Assembly: GCA_051942205.1 (NCBI GenBank)
Contig: JAVECO010000013.1
Coordinates: 62,001-126,000 of the forward strand
Source: Coniocarpon cinnabarinum
Taxonomy: Eukaryota
DNA: 64,000 nt
Direction: 5' to 3'
In this document: piece after piece, positions 50,968-62,400 of the stretch
Numbering within the stretch: position 1 is the first letter of the stretch
Layout of the letters: the number at the start of each line of letters is the position of its first letter
The notes under the pieces: model-generated
What the model saw: only the letters and a program-made list of their open reading frames with translations
Told to the model about the DNA's origin: nothing
The model's database searches: none
Position numbers and translations under genes: made by a program

Positions 50968-52461
50968 TCACCATCCACGACTATAGTCTCGACCAGAGTC
51001 TGAGTGGGACGTACACTCTGACATTCGCCTTGTGTAGGTGTCAACTGTCACCAGCCGCAACGGAGGAGGCGCTGTATCTATTCGACGAGTTGTTCCGTCT
51101 CTGTGACTCTGTGGATCGAATTGTTCAGGCCTCGCGCTCTTGACCAACTCGACATGACTGTTGGCAATGCCACCGCTATGCAGACGTGGCGTTAGTCTTG
51201 TCCAGGTCTTTTTCCACGTCGGCATATATTGTGTGATTACTTTGGCTATAGCGGGCATAGAGACAATGACAACACCGGCGTTCATTTCGACTTGCCTATA
51301 GATAAAGTCAGCATTTGGTGACATGCGTTGTAGGGTAGATGGCCCACAGCATTATCTCGAGATTGATCGCTTGAAAGGAGTTGTCCCCTATGAGCGCCAG
51401 CCGATATTTGATTCCCACGCCGGAACAGATACAAGCCCTAACAATCGCTTCATCAGCTTCTCATGCCCCAAAGCTATCGAAATAAGCTTTCTGGTTTATC
51501 AGGAGTCTTACATGAGGCCAGTTGCAAAGACACAGAGGACACCGACTTTCTTCTTGGTGGGCATTTGCAGCTTGAGCACGGCTGGTATCGGCAGAACAAG
51601 CAGGAAAACGTCCATGATAACCCCGAAGACCCCCGTTGGCAAGGAGACATGCTGTACTTTTGGTTGTTCGGGCCCAAATTCCCACTCTGGCCATGTCACG
51701 CCATTCCTTGGCGTTTGAACGACCAATTGATAGATGGTCAAGGTGCCATAGAAGATGCACGCGATTGTTCCTCCTAGGTAAACCGCTATTCGGAGCCAGC
51801 GCATTGGCCAGAAAATCTGGTAGTACATGAGGAGAACAGATATTTTCAAGAACAAAAGCGTAATTGTTAGGAATGCAGTTGCTAGGTAGTTGTACTGCGA
51901 TTGTTAGAATTTAATTCCCTGCCTGGAAGGCCAAGGAGTTGGCATACGATAGCTGCGGATGTTCGAGTTATATCGTACGCGCTGATGTCCCACATATGTT
52001 TGCCATAGATACCACAGGCACACACTAAGCACAAATAGCTTAGTGCTGAGCAAACACTTACAATACAATGAACACTTACACAATATGTTCCCAATGTATG
52101 TCGTCACTAGGCTGAGCTTGGAGGAGTTAGGGAGAAAGGGCTTTTACGAAAAGGGCCAAAGACATACTACACCAAGGGTAAGAGTGACTCGAGCGATGAA
52201 TTAGCACCCTGTTCTCAATTATCTCGCATTCATTCACTCACCATCGTCCCAAAAGAATTTCTTAAGTAAGAAAACCTTGGCGAAGAGGCGGATGATGTAC
52301 GCCGTCAGCCCAATAGCGAGAAATATGGTGGACACAATGACAAGCACATTCCCTTTGTCGTATGGATCGTTGAGATTGCTAACGATACCAGGCGGTGGAG
52401 ATGCAGCGGGGATTTGCTTCAATATCTCGGGGGCCAACTTGAGAATATCGGCTGAAGACAT
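50968..52461 (-). CDS. Second PTH11-like (fungal rhodopsin-domain) membrane protein, multi-exon
   Basis: QIPAASPPPGIVSNL, RLFAK..FFWDD, YGKHMWDI, FLKISVLLMYYQIF, MDVFLLVLPIPAVLKLQM, VEMNAGVVIVSMP; microexon 52168-52187. Confidence 0.87.
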
Positions 52462-52776
52462 CGTGTTTTCATCAACTTGCTCGTCTTGAACCAATCTGAG
52501 AGACGCTTCGATGTCCAAACGGACCCAGGATGTTGTTAGGAAAGGTCGTGATTAATATAAGCTGTTTTTAGCCGAAGCCGTTCATCATAGGCGCTTTCGC
52601 AGGCAGGGAGCCTGCCCTGCCCCATATAGATGCACGCTTGAGGCGTCGCTCGGAACGGGCGAGGGGCCATCTTCCGTGCAAGCGTGATGCTCTGTGAACA
52701 GCGATTGCATCACCAGGGAAATTCAGTCACTCAATGTGGATCTCTTTCCTGTGCTCTAGGTGGCCATGGCAGCCGT

Positions 52777-52866
52777 GTCAAGCAAGCAGACGGCGTCAAG
52801 CATGCAGGCGGCGTCAAGCATGCAGGCGGCATCAAGCATGCAGGCGGCGTCAAGGCAGGCGGCGTC
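52777..52866. repeat. 18-bp minisatellite GTCAAGCATGCAGGCGGC x5 (last unit 15 bp)
   Basis: Units start at 52777, 52795, 52813, 52831 and 52849. Confidence 0.95.
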
Positions 52867-53058
52867 TCCAAGGGTGCTGAGCGGTAGAAAGGTCGGCAGA
52901 CCTGCCCTAAGACCTCGGGAGCACTCCATCTGCTGTTATACGCAATAGCAACATCGCTATCGCTCTGTAGGACTAAGGTACGGGGTTAACGAAGGTCAGG
53001 GGGCTTGGACGTCTGCATGTTGAATTAGATTAGATCTAGCCCCTCAGGATATCTTGGC

Positions 53059-53084
53059 AGTACTCGGAGTAGCTTCCGAGTACT
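53059..53084. promoter_or_regulatory. Perfect 10-bp inverted repeat containing CGG-N8-CCG (candidate Zn2Cys6 site)
   Basis: AGTACTCGGA-gtagct-TCCGAGTACT in the divergent intergenic region. Confidence 0.45.
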
Positions 53085-53464
53085 CCTAAGGTCAATGGGA
53101 GGTCTGCCGATCTGCTTGCGCATGTTAATTCTCTCATGCTGAGCTACATCCCTTGCAAAATAGTGGAGCCGTGCTCAGGAGCTACAACACCGCAGGATTG
53201 CAGATATGTGCTACGCCTTCAAGGTATCGTGTGCTTGCTTTGCCTGACCAGCACATTGGCAACTGCTCTATGCGTGATGCAGCGACGATCCCCAGGTAGA
53301 TGTCACATGTCTGCCTGCAGGATGTGTTCTTCAATCTTCAGCTACTGTTTGAGCCTGGTCACTCAGATATCGTAACGCTCTTCCTCGCTTACTGAGACGA
53401 GTGCTGAAAAGCTGCGCCCCAGTCGATCCCGCCAAAGTCCTTGCACTTGTTCGTCTCTGCTAGT

Positions 53465-55129
53465 ATGTCTGATCTCGATACGGTACACCTCTTGCTCACT
53501 CTCGTTACTTTTCTCGTCCTCATGGCAGCTTCAAGCCGGTTGCGCCGCGCAGACCCCGTTTCGGCCGCACTCAAGGCACCTGCAGAGGTCGCGCCCAGCG
53601 TGCAGAGAGCTATTGCGGCCATCTTGGAGGCGTGTCCGGACTCGTCCTTCCTACCATCCCATCCCGAATTCGTCAAATCGATAAGATCTTATTGGTCCTT
53701 GCAAGAAGCTTGTACTGTGCCTGGATGTGTTGTGAAGCCTAGCACTTCTGCAGAGCTATCTAGAATGGTCAGAATCCTTGGCCGGGAAGTCGAAGACGAA
53801 GGCGTTAGCTCGCTGCGATTCGCAATACGGAGTGGCGGTCACGCGCCTGATGCCGAAAGCGCAAATGTCGTTGGTGGCATTACGATTGACTTGTGTCAGC
53901 TCAAACAAATCGAGATCTTGAACGACAATCTCGTATCTATTGGAACAGCAGCTCGCTGGATAGAAGTTTACGAAGCCCTCGAAAAATCGAATCTTGGGGT
54001 ATGCGGAGGTCGCGCCGGTAATGTAGGCGTTGGCGGGCTCACGCTGGGAGGTGCGTATTGTTGGAACGGCTCTGCTGTATCTGATGCACTAACTCTAGGT
54101 CGGCAGGTGGTATTTCATTCTTCTCACCCCGGCACGGATTTGTCTGCGACGGTGTCGTTGAGTATGAGGTCGTTTTGGCTGACGGCAACGTCGTACGCGC
54201 GACGGAAAATTGCTACGCAGACCTGTGGCGAGCTCTCAAAGGCGGAGGTAATAATTTCGGTATCGTTACAAAGTTCATAGCCCGCACATATGCCCAAGAG
54301 CGGCTTTGGGCTGGTTACATGTATCATTCAGTCTCAGCAGCGCCCCAGCTACTGCAGGCCTTTCATGACTTTAGCATTCCGGAGCACTTTGACGAATATG
54401 CAACAGCTTGGCTCGCCATGGGATACAGTTCAAAATGGAGATCGACAGCTATGGCCTCCCATATAGTCTACACGAAGCCTGAAAAACGACCAGCTGCGCT
54501 TGAAAAATTTATGACAGCTCGCCGATTTTGGAGTACAGTGAAATTGCGCTCGATGGCTAGTACTGGTCGGGAGATGGATTCAAATACACCGCCGGGGTTT
54601 CGGTATGGAAGATCGCGTCTATCCATTTTTCTACATAGTATTGGCTGACCTCGCGCACAGCGGACTGTTCAAGACGACGACGTTTGAGAACGATATCGAC
54701 ATGCTCACGTATGCGTTCGAAGCATATCAAGAGTCTGTTCAGCAGATGAAGTCTGTAAAGGGCCTGACGTGGACATTGGTTGTTCAGGCTCTTCATCCCG
54801 TAACAACGTCGAGGAACAGAGCAAACGTCCTGGGCATTGAGACGGACAAAAGTCTAACAATAGTGTTGATTACAGCATCGTGGAAACGCGAGCATGATGA
54901 CAAAACAATACACAAAATAGCTGAGGATCTACTCGCCAGTATTGAAGCTCGCTCAAGAGCTTTAGGGTTATCGCATCCATACATATACATGAACTACGCG
55001 GGAAACGGTCAAGACCCCATCGCAAGCTATGGAGCAAGAAACAAGAGCATGCTACAAGACACGAGTCGGAAATACGATCCGCGGGGTGTTTTCCAACGAG
55101 CTTGTGTAGGTGGCTTCAAGGTCTTCTGA
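53465..55129 (+). CDS. FAD-linked oxidoreductase (BBE-like/VAO superfamily), 3 exons
   Basis: FAIRSGGH, GGRAGNVGVGGLTLGGG, DLWRALKGGGNNFGIVT, YIYMNYA, KYDPRGVFQ; introns 54051-54106 and 54603-54660. Confidence 0.93.
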
Positions 55130-55895
55130 CGATTCAGCAGCGCTTGTGGCGTGTGTTGATTCTGGTTATTCGGCATTTAGTTTGCAATGGTCTATTGCGC
55201 TCTTTGTCCTGATTCAAAGACAGACGTGTGATTGAATCAAAGGTGCACGGAGCTGAATAATTTGCGTATGTTTGGCATGGTTACATTGCGTCCCAAATGC
55301 CCAAGAGTGGAGCTTCTTCATGGACCGAGACTGCCTAGTAAGTTTTCAGCTTCCACAAGGCAGAAATTGTTGAAACCGCTGGCTTGGCGCTAAGTATGTA
55401 CATGGATATCCTGGGTCACCTTGCATTCATTCTGCTTTTGGACAACATGCACAGCATTGGTAAAGCTGCCTGGTCAATTGACCGCATGGCGCATCGTCCA
55501 ATCAAATCCAGTGACGGCTTTGATCTTCGACTCCACGGAATACAATGCGGCACAGCAATAGACTTGGCATCTGCCTACACTCATTCCGTGTCTGTCCTGG
55601 CGCTTATAATCATAATATCAGGCTCGCAATGCGAATGACGATCTCGTTTGAGACAGCTGAAAAATGCCTCAGTGCGCCTGAGGCCTTGCTTCGGCGACCT
55701 CGCTTACATGCCGTTCCGTATCTATTGGGCGATAAGAATAATGGCAGATTCGGCGGCCGTGCATATTTCTACTCCGTGAGCATCCGGCCTCGTCACAGGA
55801 TGATCAAAAATTTTTAAAAGCTTGATACCGAGTATTGCTTGCCGTGTCAGTCAAGCTAGGTAAGACTATCAGCATCAAGCTTGACCTGAAAAACT

Positions 55896-58119
55896 ATGTC
55901 TACCCTGGAGCACAACTATTCCATCATTGCTGGGTCTCGGCAGATCGGTCAGGGAGTTAATGCAGTCGCCGCTGAAACTTTTTTGGTACCTGTTGATAGA
56001 AACAGTAAAAGCGTCGTTCCCGATGCTCATTTTAATAACGTTTCGATCCTAGTAAAAGCTTTAGCAATAGGTATAGTGTGGAATACGGCGGCCTTATTGC
56101 TGTTTCACCTTTGGCAAACGTTCATCACGCTGTACTGGAGGGCTCCGGTAAGTAACATTAGAGCATTCAGTAGCTAAGCGACACTGACGATCGACAAAGC
56201 AAGCTGTTCCCTTTCTAGCAACTCGGTCACTTCCAGCGCGATGGTTCACGTCATTTCGCACCAACATCAGAGCTATGACAGTACTTAGTGAAGGATACCA
56301 GAAGGTAGCTCAACACGTTGTGAAGCCCGGATGCAGTCTGCGTGAGGATACCAGGGCTGGTATTGCGCAAGGGACTTTTGCCATTCCAATGCTCGGTCGA
56401 AACATTGTCTTGGCCACGACGCGAAGCCAGATCGAAGACATCAATCGGGCCTCCGTGCACGATTTGTCACTGAGCGGTGCGATATACGACGTAAGTTCAT
56501 CTATCTATCTATCTAGGTTGTTATGTATGAAACGGTGAGACTTCTTTGCTGAGTAATTCCAAGCGAATATTACCACAATACGTTATTCACAGAAGTATGA
56601 ATGTAACGAATGTTATGCAAACCGGTCAAGTAGCTCAACACGTGTTGAAACGTCATCTTCGAGTTCATCTCCCAGTTCTTCGCGAAAAACTCATCCGGAC
56701 GGTCGATGAAGCACTCAAGGCAGAAATCGATGAAGCACAAACTATTGCCCCCGGTGAGCTTACTAATAAGACACAACAAGCCGGAGCTGATTGAGACCAC
56801 AGGGGGATGGCAAGATATACACACTTATTCAGCTTTTAGTAGGACTTTTCTGAGACTGAACAACTTGATTTTGTTTGGGGAGGAGCTTGGTCAGTTATTG
56901 CTTCTATCATTCTCAGCTGGTTACTCATATATCTTTCAATCAGCCAACTCTCCCGACTTCCTGGACATTGTGATGAACTACTCTCGGGACGCAATGGTCA
57001 CTGAAGAGTCCCTTCATTTCGTACCTTCATGGATCGCGCCGTAAGTTCGAAAAAAAACGCCCACTCTTTCCCGCCGTTTGGCCTAACCAATGTTTTTCCA
57101 GGCTGCAAAGCTTTATCATGATGCGATGGCGGGGCTCACGACAACAATTTCTGAATCGGCTGCTGACCCATATCCAAAAGCGCCTTGACGATGAAAGGGC
57201 TTGCAAGGTGACTATATCATCGCAAAGATCATCATGCGGGGCTAGACTAACCAGACGCTCAGCATTTTGATGTAATTTCATGGACAATTGCCCAGCGCAA
57301 AGACAAGGATAAAATGGCCATTGCCCGTTTCGTTGTAGGCGCCCTTCTTGGAGCATCCCATCTTCCACCTGCGGTATGATACTTGAACACTCACTCATTA
57401 CTCTACTGATGCAGTCAGCTTATGATTTGTGCGCTCGGATATCTTTGTAAACATCCGCAGTATCTCCAGCCTTTGCAACAGGAAGCCAGATTTGCTCGCG
57501 CACATAATTTCGAAGGACCACATTCGAGCATGGTTCTCATGGATAGTTTCCTCAAAGAGACCGCTCGCCTACATCCCGGCCACCTCCGTGAGAAGATTCT
57601 GCAAGTCAACGGTGAATGTGCACTTCTGACAGACTTACTAGTTGGAGCGACACGCAAGGTGGTATCCAACCACTTCTCTTTTCGAGATGGAACAAGCGTG
57701 CCAAAAGGCAACTGGGTTGCGCTTCCTCAATATCACCTCATGCGCGACACGAGAATCTACGAGCGCGCAAATGTATTTGACGGGTTTCGCTTCGTCCGGG
57801 ATGGAGAATCTACGTCTCGATTTACACATCCGGCGTGGAACTTCACATATTGGGGTACCAGCAAGGTTGGCTGGTAGGTACAAGCTGAAAACCCTTGTTC
57901 TCGGTCACCATGGACTAACCTGACGTTGCTAGCCCAGCGCGATTCTACATTGACCTGATCGCGAAGGTAATTTTCGCCAATCTCATTCTGGATTACGAAA
58001 TTAAGCTGCATGACCCCAACGCGGCAAAGAGCTGGACTTTTGGATTGAGTGAATTTCCCAACCCACGTGGTATGCTTTTGATGCGGAAGCGACCGATTGA
58101 TGCCTCATTCGACCTATAG
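55896..58119 (+). CDS. Cytochrome P450 monooxygenase, intron-rich
   Basis: N-terminal TM, MDSFLKETARLHP (ExxR), FDGFRF and heme motif YWGTSKVGC|PARFY with the Cys codon split by the last intron; TAG at 58117-58119. Confidence 0.9.
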
Positions 58120-58716
58120 CAGGGTTGCGCACAACGCAACGAGTTTTTCGGGGGCAAGCAATGTACGTCTGAATATTCTCGCAGACGCTGCGTTGCCAAA
58201 CGTACTAAACACTTGAATTAATTTGCAACGATCTTCAAATCTGAAGTGTGACTTTATGAAAGATTCTGAATACAACTGGTGTCTCTGAATCGACACCATT
58301 GAGCCTCTGGAACAAACAAGTGAATTGTAACGACGAGCACATGACAGTCAAGATGTCGACTCTCAGTTGGCATCAAGTAAATCTTTCTTTTCGAAAGCGT
58401 CGCCAACATTTCAAAGCCGTACCTTGCCGCCGCGATCGCATGGAGCACTTGTTGGCTTTTCTTTGAACGTCAATAGTGTTCGAGAAGCTATCAGACATTG
58501 GACATAGCACAACGCTCCTGACGATAATCTGCAGCGTTCTCTGAGTCTCCCCGATATGGAGGTGTCACGATCAACACTTAGATTCTCCGGCAAACAAGTC
58601 GTCTCTTTTTTCGGGTTGAGATGACCATCCAACAAAGTCGCGTGACTAGTGGATCTCTGTATCTCGCTCTGCATGAGCTTTGGCGCTGTTAGCGCCCGTC
58701 TTGCAACCCCGTTGCA

Positions 58717-59472
58717 CTATGCGTAACACTCCCAATATATGGCCCTGAGGTCTTGACTGCAGTCATCCATGTCACTATCTCCAGTGCCGTCAGGCCATTC
58801 ATCATCTATTTCCCACCACTGGAATTTACGCCTTTGAGCTCGCTCCTCTTTCTTTATCATTCGTTTTTCCAACCTCACTTCTTCGTTAGCTTCCCACAAA
58901 AGCTGCCTCCGTTCGCGCTCTTCCCGCACGCTTGGGTCGTGGCAGGTTTTGCACAACCTAGCATACTTGCCGTCAAAGTATCCCTGAGTACCAAAGAATC
59001 CGCATTTGGTGCAGATAATGTGGGGCTGACCATACACTATCAAGACTTGCCCTTTATTATACCGCACTCCACCTCCGGATCCCGTGTGGCGTGATGTCTG
59101 CCCGCAATCGATGCAGAAGCGTTTCTTGCAATCACGACCATCGCGGCCTCTGGGCGTCTTCCGGGATGAGTCTATGAAGCAGGTACTGGGGCGGACGCGA
59201 ACGCACTCATAGCATGGCCAGTAGTCGCTGTCGTTCCAGAACTTGAGGACTATTTCTGCGCCGTAGATGTCGGCGGCGGTCGGCACCGGTATACAGTCAC
59301 GCAGCGTGCGACATGTCCCATGCAGGGAACAGAGTTCTCTATAAGCCAAGTAGGTCTTCATATACTGGTACAGCTCTGTAGGCAAGCTCTGAAAAGGGCT
59401 TGGGGACTCCATCTCGGTTGTGTATACTTTTTGAAGGGAATAGTCTATCTTGCGAGGTGGTTGCGAAGTCAT
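58717..59472 (-). CDS. F-box protein with Cys-rich (CxxC) C-terminal region
   Basis: FQSLPTELYQYMKTYL..LHGTCRTLR (F-box); CYEC, RFCIDCG, CTKC and CKTC pairs; charged tail. Alternative start at 59412. Confidence 0.82.
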   Translation of the reverse strand: MTSQPPRKIDYSLQKVYTTEMESPSPFQSLPTELYQYMKTYLAYRELCSLHGTCRTLRDCIPVPTAADIYGAEIVLKFWNDSDYWPCYECVRVRPSTCFIDSSRKTPRGRDGRDCKKRFCIDCGQTSRHTGSGGGVRYNKGQVLIVYGQPHIICTKCGFFGTQGYFDGKYARLCKTCHDPSVREERERRQLLWEANEEVRLEKRMIKKEERAQRRKFQWWEIDDEWPDGTGDSDMDDCSQDLRAIYWECYA

Positions 59473-62400
59473 CCAGAGCCGAGGACGGATTTCGAAGGAT
59501 CGCAGAGAATGGTTGCGAGAGCAATTGATCCGCCAAGACGCTTTTCTTCTTTATCTTCGAACAAGACTGAGTGCCGCAGCAGACTCATGCCAGCCTCGCA
59601 GGCAGCAAGGCAACACCAAGATAACATGCGAGCTGAAAAAGCACAAGGCTGCCCAGTTGGAACGCGACGCATTGAGGCTCTAGACTCGACCCCACTTCTC
59701 CTTACACCTCTACAGCCCGTGGTCTGCCTCGCGATATTCTCCAGGTTCCTTATCCTTACCGCAGGATGCTTAGCCCGAGTCTCTCATTTTACTTCGCAAC
59801 GAAACTCATTGGATCACCAATGTAAAGTAAGCTATCATTCACTTTCACACATCAATAATGTTGCACGCAAGCTGTACAGGCAGTCATAAGGATCACGTCG
59901 ACATCTTCGATTTGTGTGACAATATACTAAATCCAACTACGTCTCGCAGCACATGTTTTACTCGAATATTATTGTCAAGACGCTCTCCTTGCTCATCCAA
60001 GAAAAGTGGCTTGCGGTCTCTTTCTCCGTCGTCGATGAGTTCTACGAAAGTCTAGGTAGTGCCAAAGAGTTCCAACTTAGAGGTTTCAAACATGTATCGT
60101 AATCAGCTTTTGCCCAAAATTGCTATGAGGCTTTTGTACGATACTGACACGGTGGTGCTTTTCTACCATACAAAAAGATCCCCCACATCGAATATCGTCA
60201 GTGAAAGATGATCTGTAGGGGTCGTCGTTGTTGTTTTCAACGATGCGCTGAGGCATCACGAACCAACGAAGACGTAAGTTACAAGACAAAACCTGTTAAA
60301 TTTGTTTCTCCGTCTTCTGTGGGAACAAGAGCAACCAAGTCCCCCATAGCAGGGCAAGGGATGCAAAGTAGCTCAAGCCGTTGGCTTTCTTGCAAGCAAG
60401 TTACCAGAATACTTTACACGTTCGCATTACTCTCTTGAAGCACTGCACTTGTTTTGAAGCATGTGCCTCAAGTACACATCGCAAATTGGTCCAGTCTTTG
60501 GTCTGGAAGGCCTCAATAGCCAGATACGGTTTCGATTGGAGTGCATTTAGGAGTCTAGGGGATCTTGGGCATTCGAAGCTTTGGGAAGAGCCAAAGTATG
60601 ATCATACGTGGCTTCGGACCACCGTGAATATTTGAATGAGAGTAATGGCAATCGCCAACATCATCACGTCTCAAAATAATTGAAGCGAGATGAAGTCATT
60701 CCGTTACGCAAAACAGTTGAGCAGCAGACTTCCCCTCCTTGCAGGTGAGTTCATACGCAATTCGAGGTCTTCCTGTGCGCCATATCTTGCGAACACTGAT
60801 TACTGGACTTGGAGCAGTTTATATGTAGAGTCTACGTTACTCAATAAGACTAGACAGGCGAATGCGTGCGCGCCGTACTCAACGTTAAAATCAGGTCCCG
60901 AAGCAGACCTGGTGTGCGTCTGACTTATTCACAGCGACTTGAACAAGCCATGTGGTTCATCTGGCACCATGGGATCATACCGTTAATGACGAATGAAGAC
61001 GCCTTGCAATATGTTACCAAAGTTTTAGTTGGTCCGGCAACGGCTGTCGATTGTCAACAGCGACGGCGACCACCGTTGCAGGTGCAGTATACTTGCCTTG
61101 TTCCTTCTTCAAATAGGATGCATCATGTCGTTTAATCTTACTCACCAATTCGCCAAGTCAAGTCAGCTTAATGCCTACTCGATTAGCCTATGGGACGTCG
61201 AGCGAGATATAGCGAGGAATAAGACAATTATCACACCATCATCTTTCCGCTCTCTCTTGTAGAGTACTCTGGAGCTTTTGATGCTTTTCAGCATCGCAAC
61301 GGCCGAACTAAATTAACGCAAAGGTTAAAGAGCGGATGATGAGCCGAATGGAGGGAATAAAAAAGAGGTTCCCCTGATCCGTTCTGTGAGTCTGTCGTTG
61401 ACATGAGCCTTCGTTTTCTGACTGTGCTGCAAAGACTTGCAGAGTAAACGGAAAGAGAATATTTCCCACAGCTGATATTACGTCAATTTTGCCAAACTGC
61501 AACGCCTGTAAGCCTAGAAGCGGTAGTGAGGAAAACACTGTATTTAAAGCGCTTGACAGACTGTTTCGTGGTTTCAAAAACGTACACGTAGAGCTCTGGC
61601 TCTGCATACTCGCTTTGAGTGGGCATTTCAGTTCCCACAGGGGGTTCACATAAGACAGTGATGCTGCAGCCTTTTAATCATGAAGTTCAGAGATACTCTT
61701 GCGTGCAGAGTAGTTGATGCTCGACATCACCTAAGCATGATGTTCATCATCAGTGAACTGCAAATATTAATATTGTTCGTATCTTCAAGACCGCGGAAGT
61801 CGACTCAATGTAGCATGTCGAAATGGTTATCCCCTAAATACTAGAACTCTCTTCGCTTCCGAATACAGCACATATAGAATTGACACTTGGGCATACGTAG
61901 AGCTGGCACTGAATATTTAGCGTCCTGACTGTTGACTCGCGCGTCTATGTCGTTTTACATGTGAATATTGAAGGAGCTAAATTGACATCTCAGACACAGA
62001 ACTATCTTTCAAGTCTAAACAGTGATCCTCTAAGCACGGACTCCGATATGGATAGGGGGTGAATCCATTTGATAACCAAATACTGCATAGAATGTTGAGT
62101 CCGTGTTTTCGAAATGCGTAAGAGGTCATGATGCTGCTCATTTTCTTCAGCATCATCATTCTCAAGAATTCGAACACGAAAGAAACCACACCACGGCGCT
62201 CATCCTTGCACAAAGGTATCTGCCCTTCTAAGCGTGGCACATTGCGATTAAACGCACCATGATTAATTGTATAATGAGAAAGGAAGGCGTGGAGTCCGCA
62301 GGACTTTCGTGAATCCCTTAATTTGATAGGCGACCAGGTGATCATTATGAGTACTTCTCAGTAGTGGTATCGACCTACCTCTCTGCTGAAATCAATATGC

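Noticed and set aside
52777..52866. CRISPR-like array
   Set aside because: The units are directly adjacent with no unique spacers, and the context is eukaryotic.
54962..54970. Telomere-like TTAGGGTTA
   Set aside because: A single short match inside the FAD oxidoreductase coding sequence.
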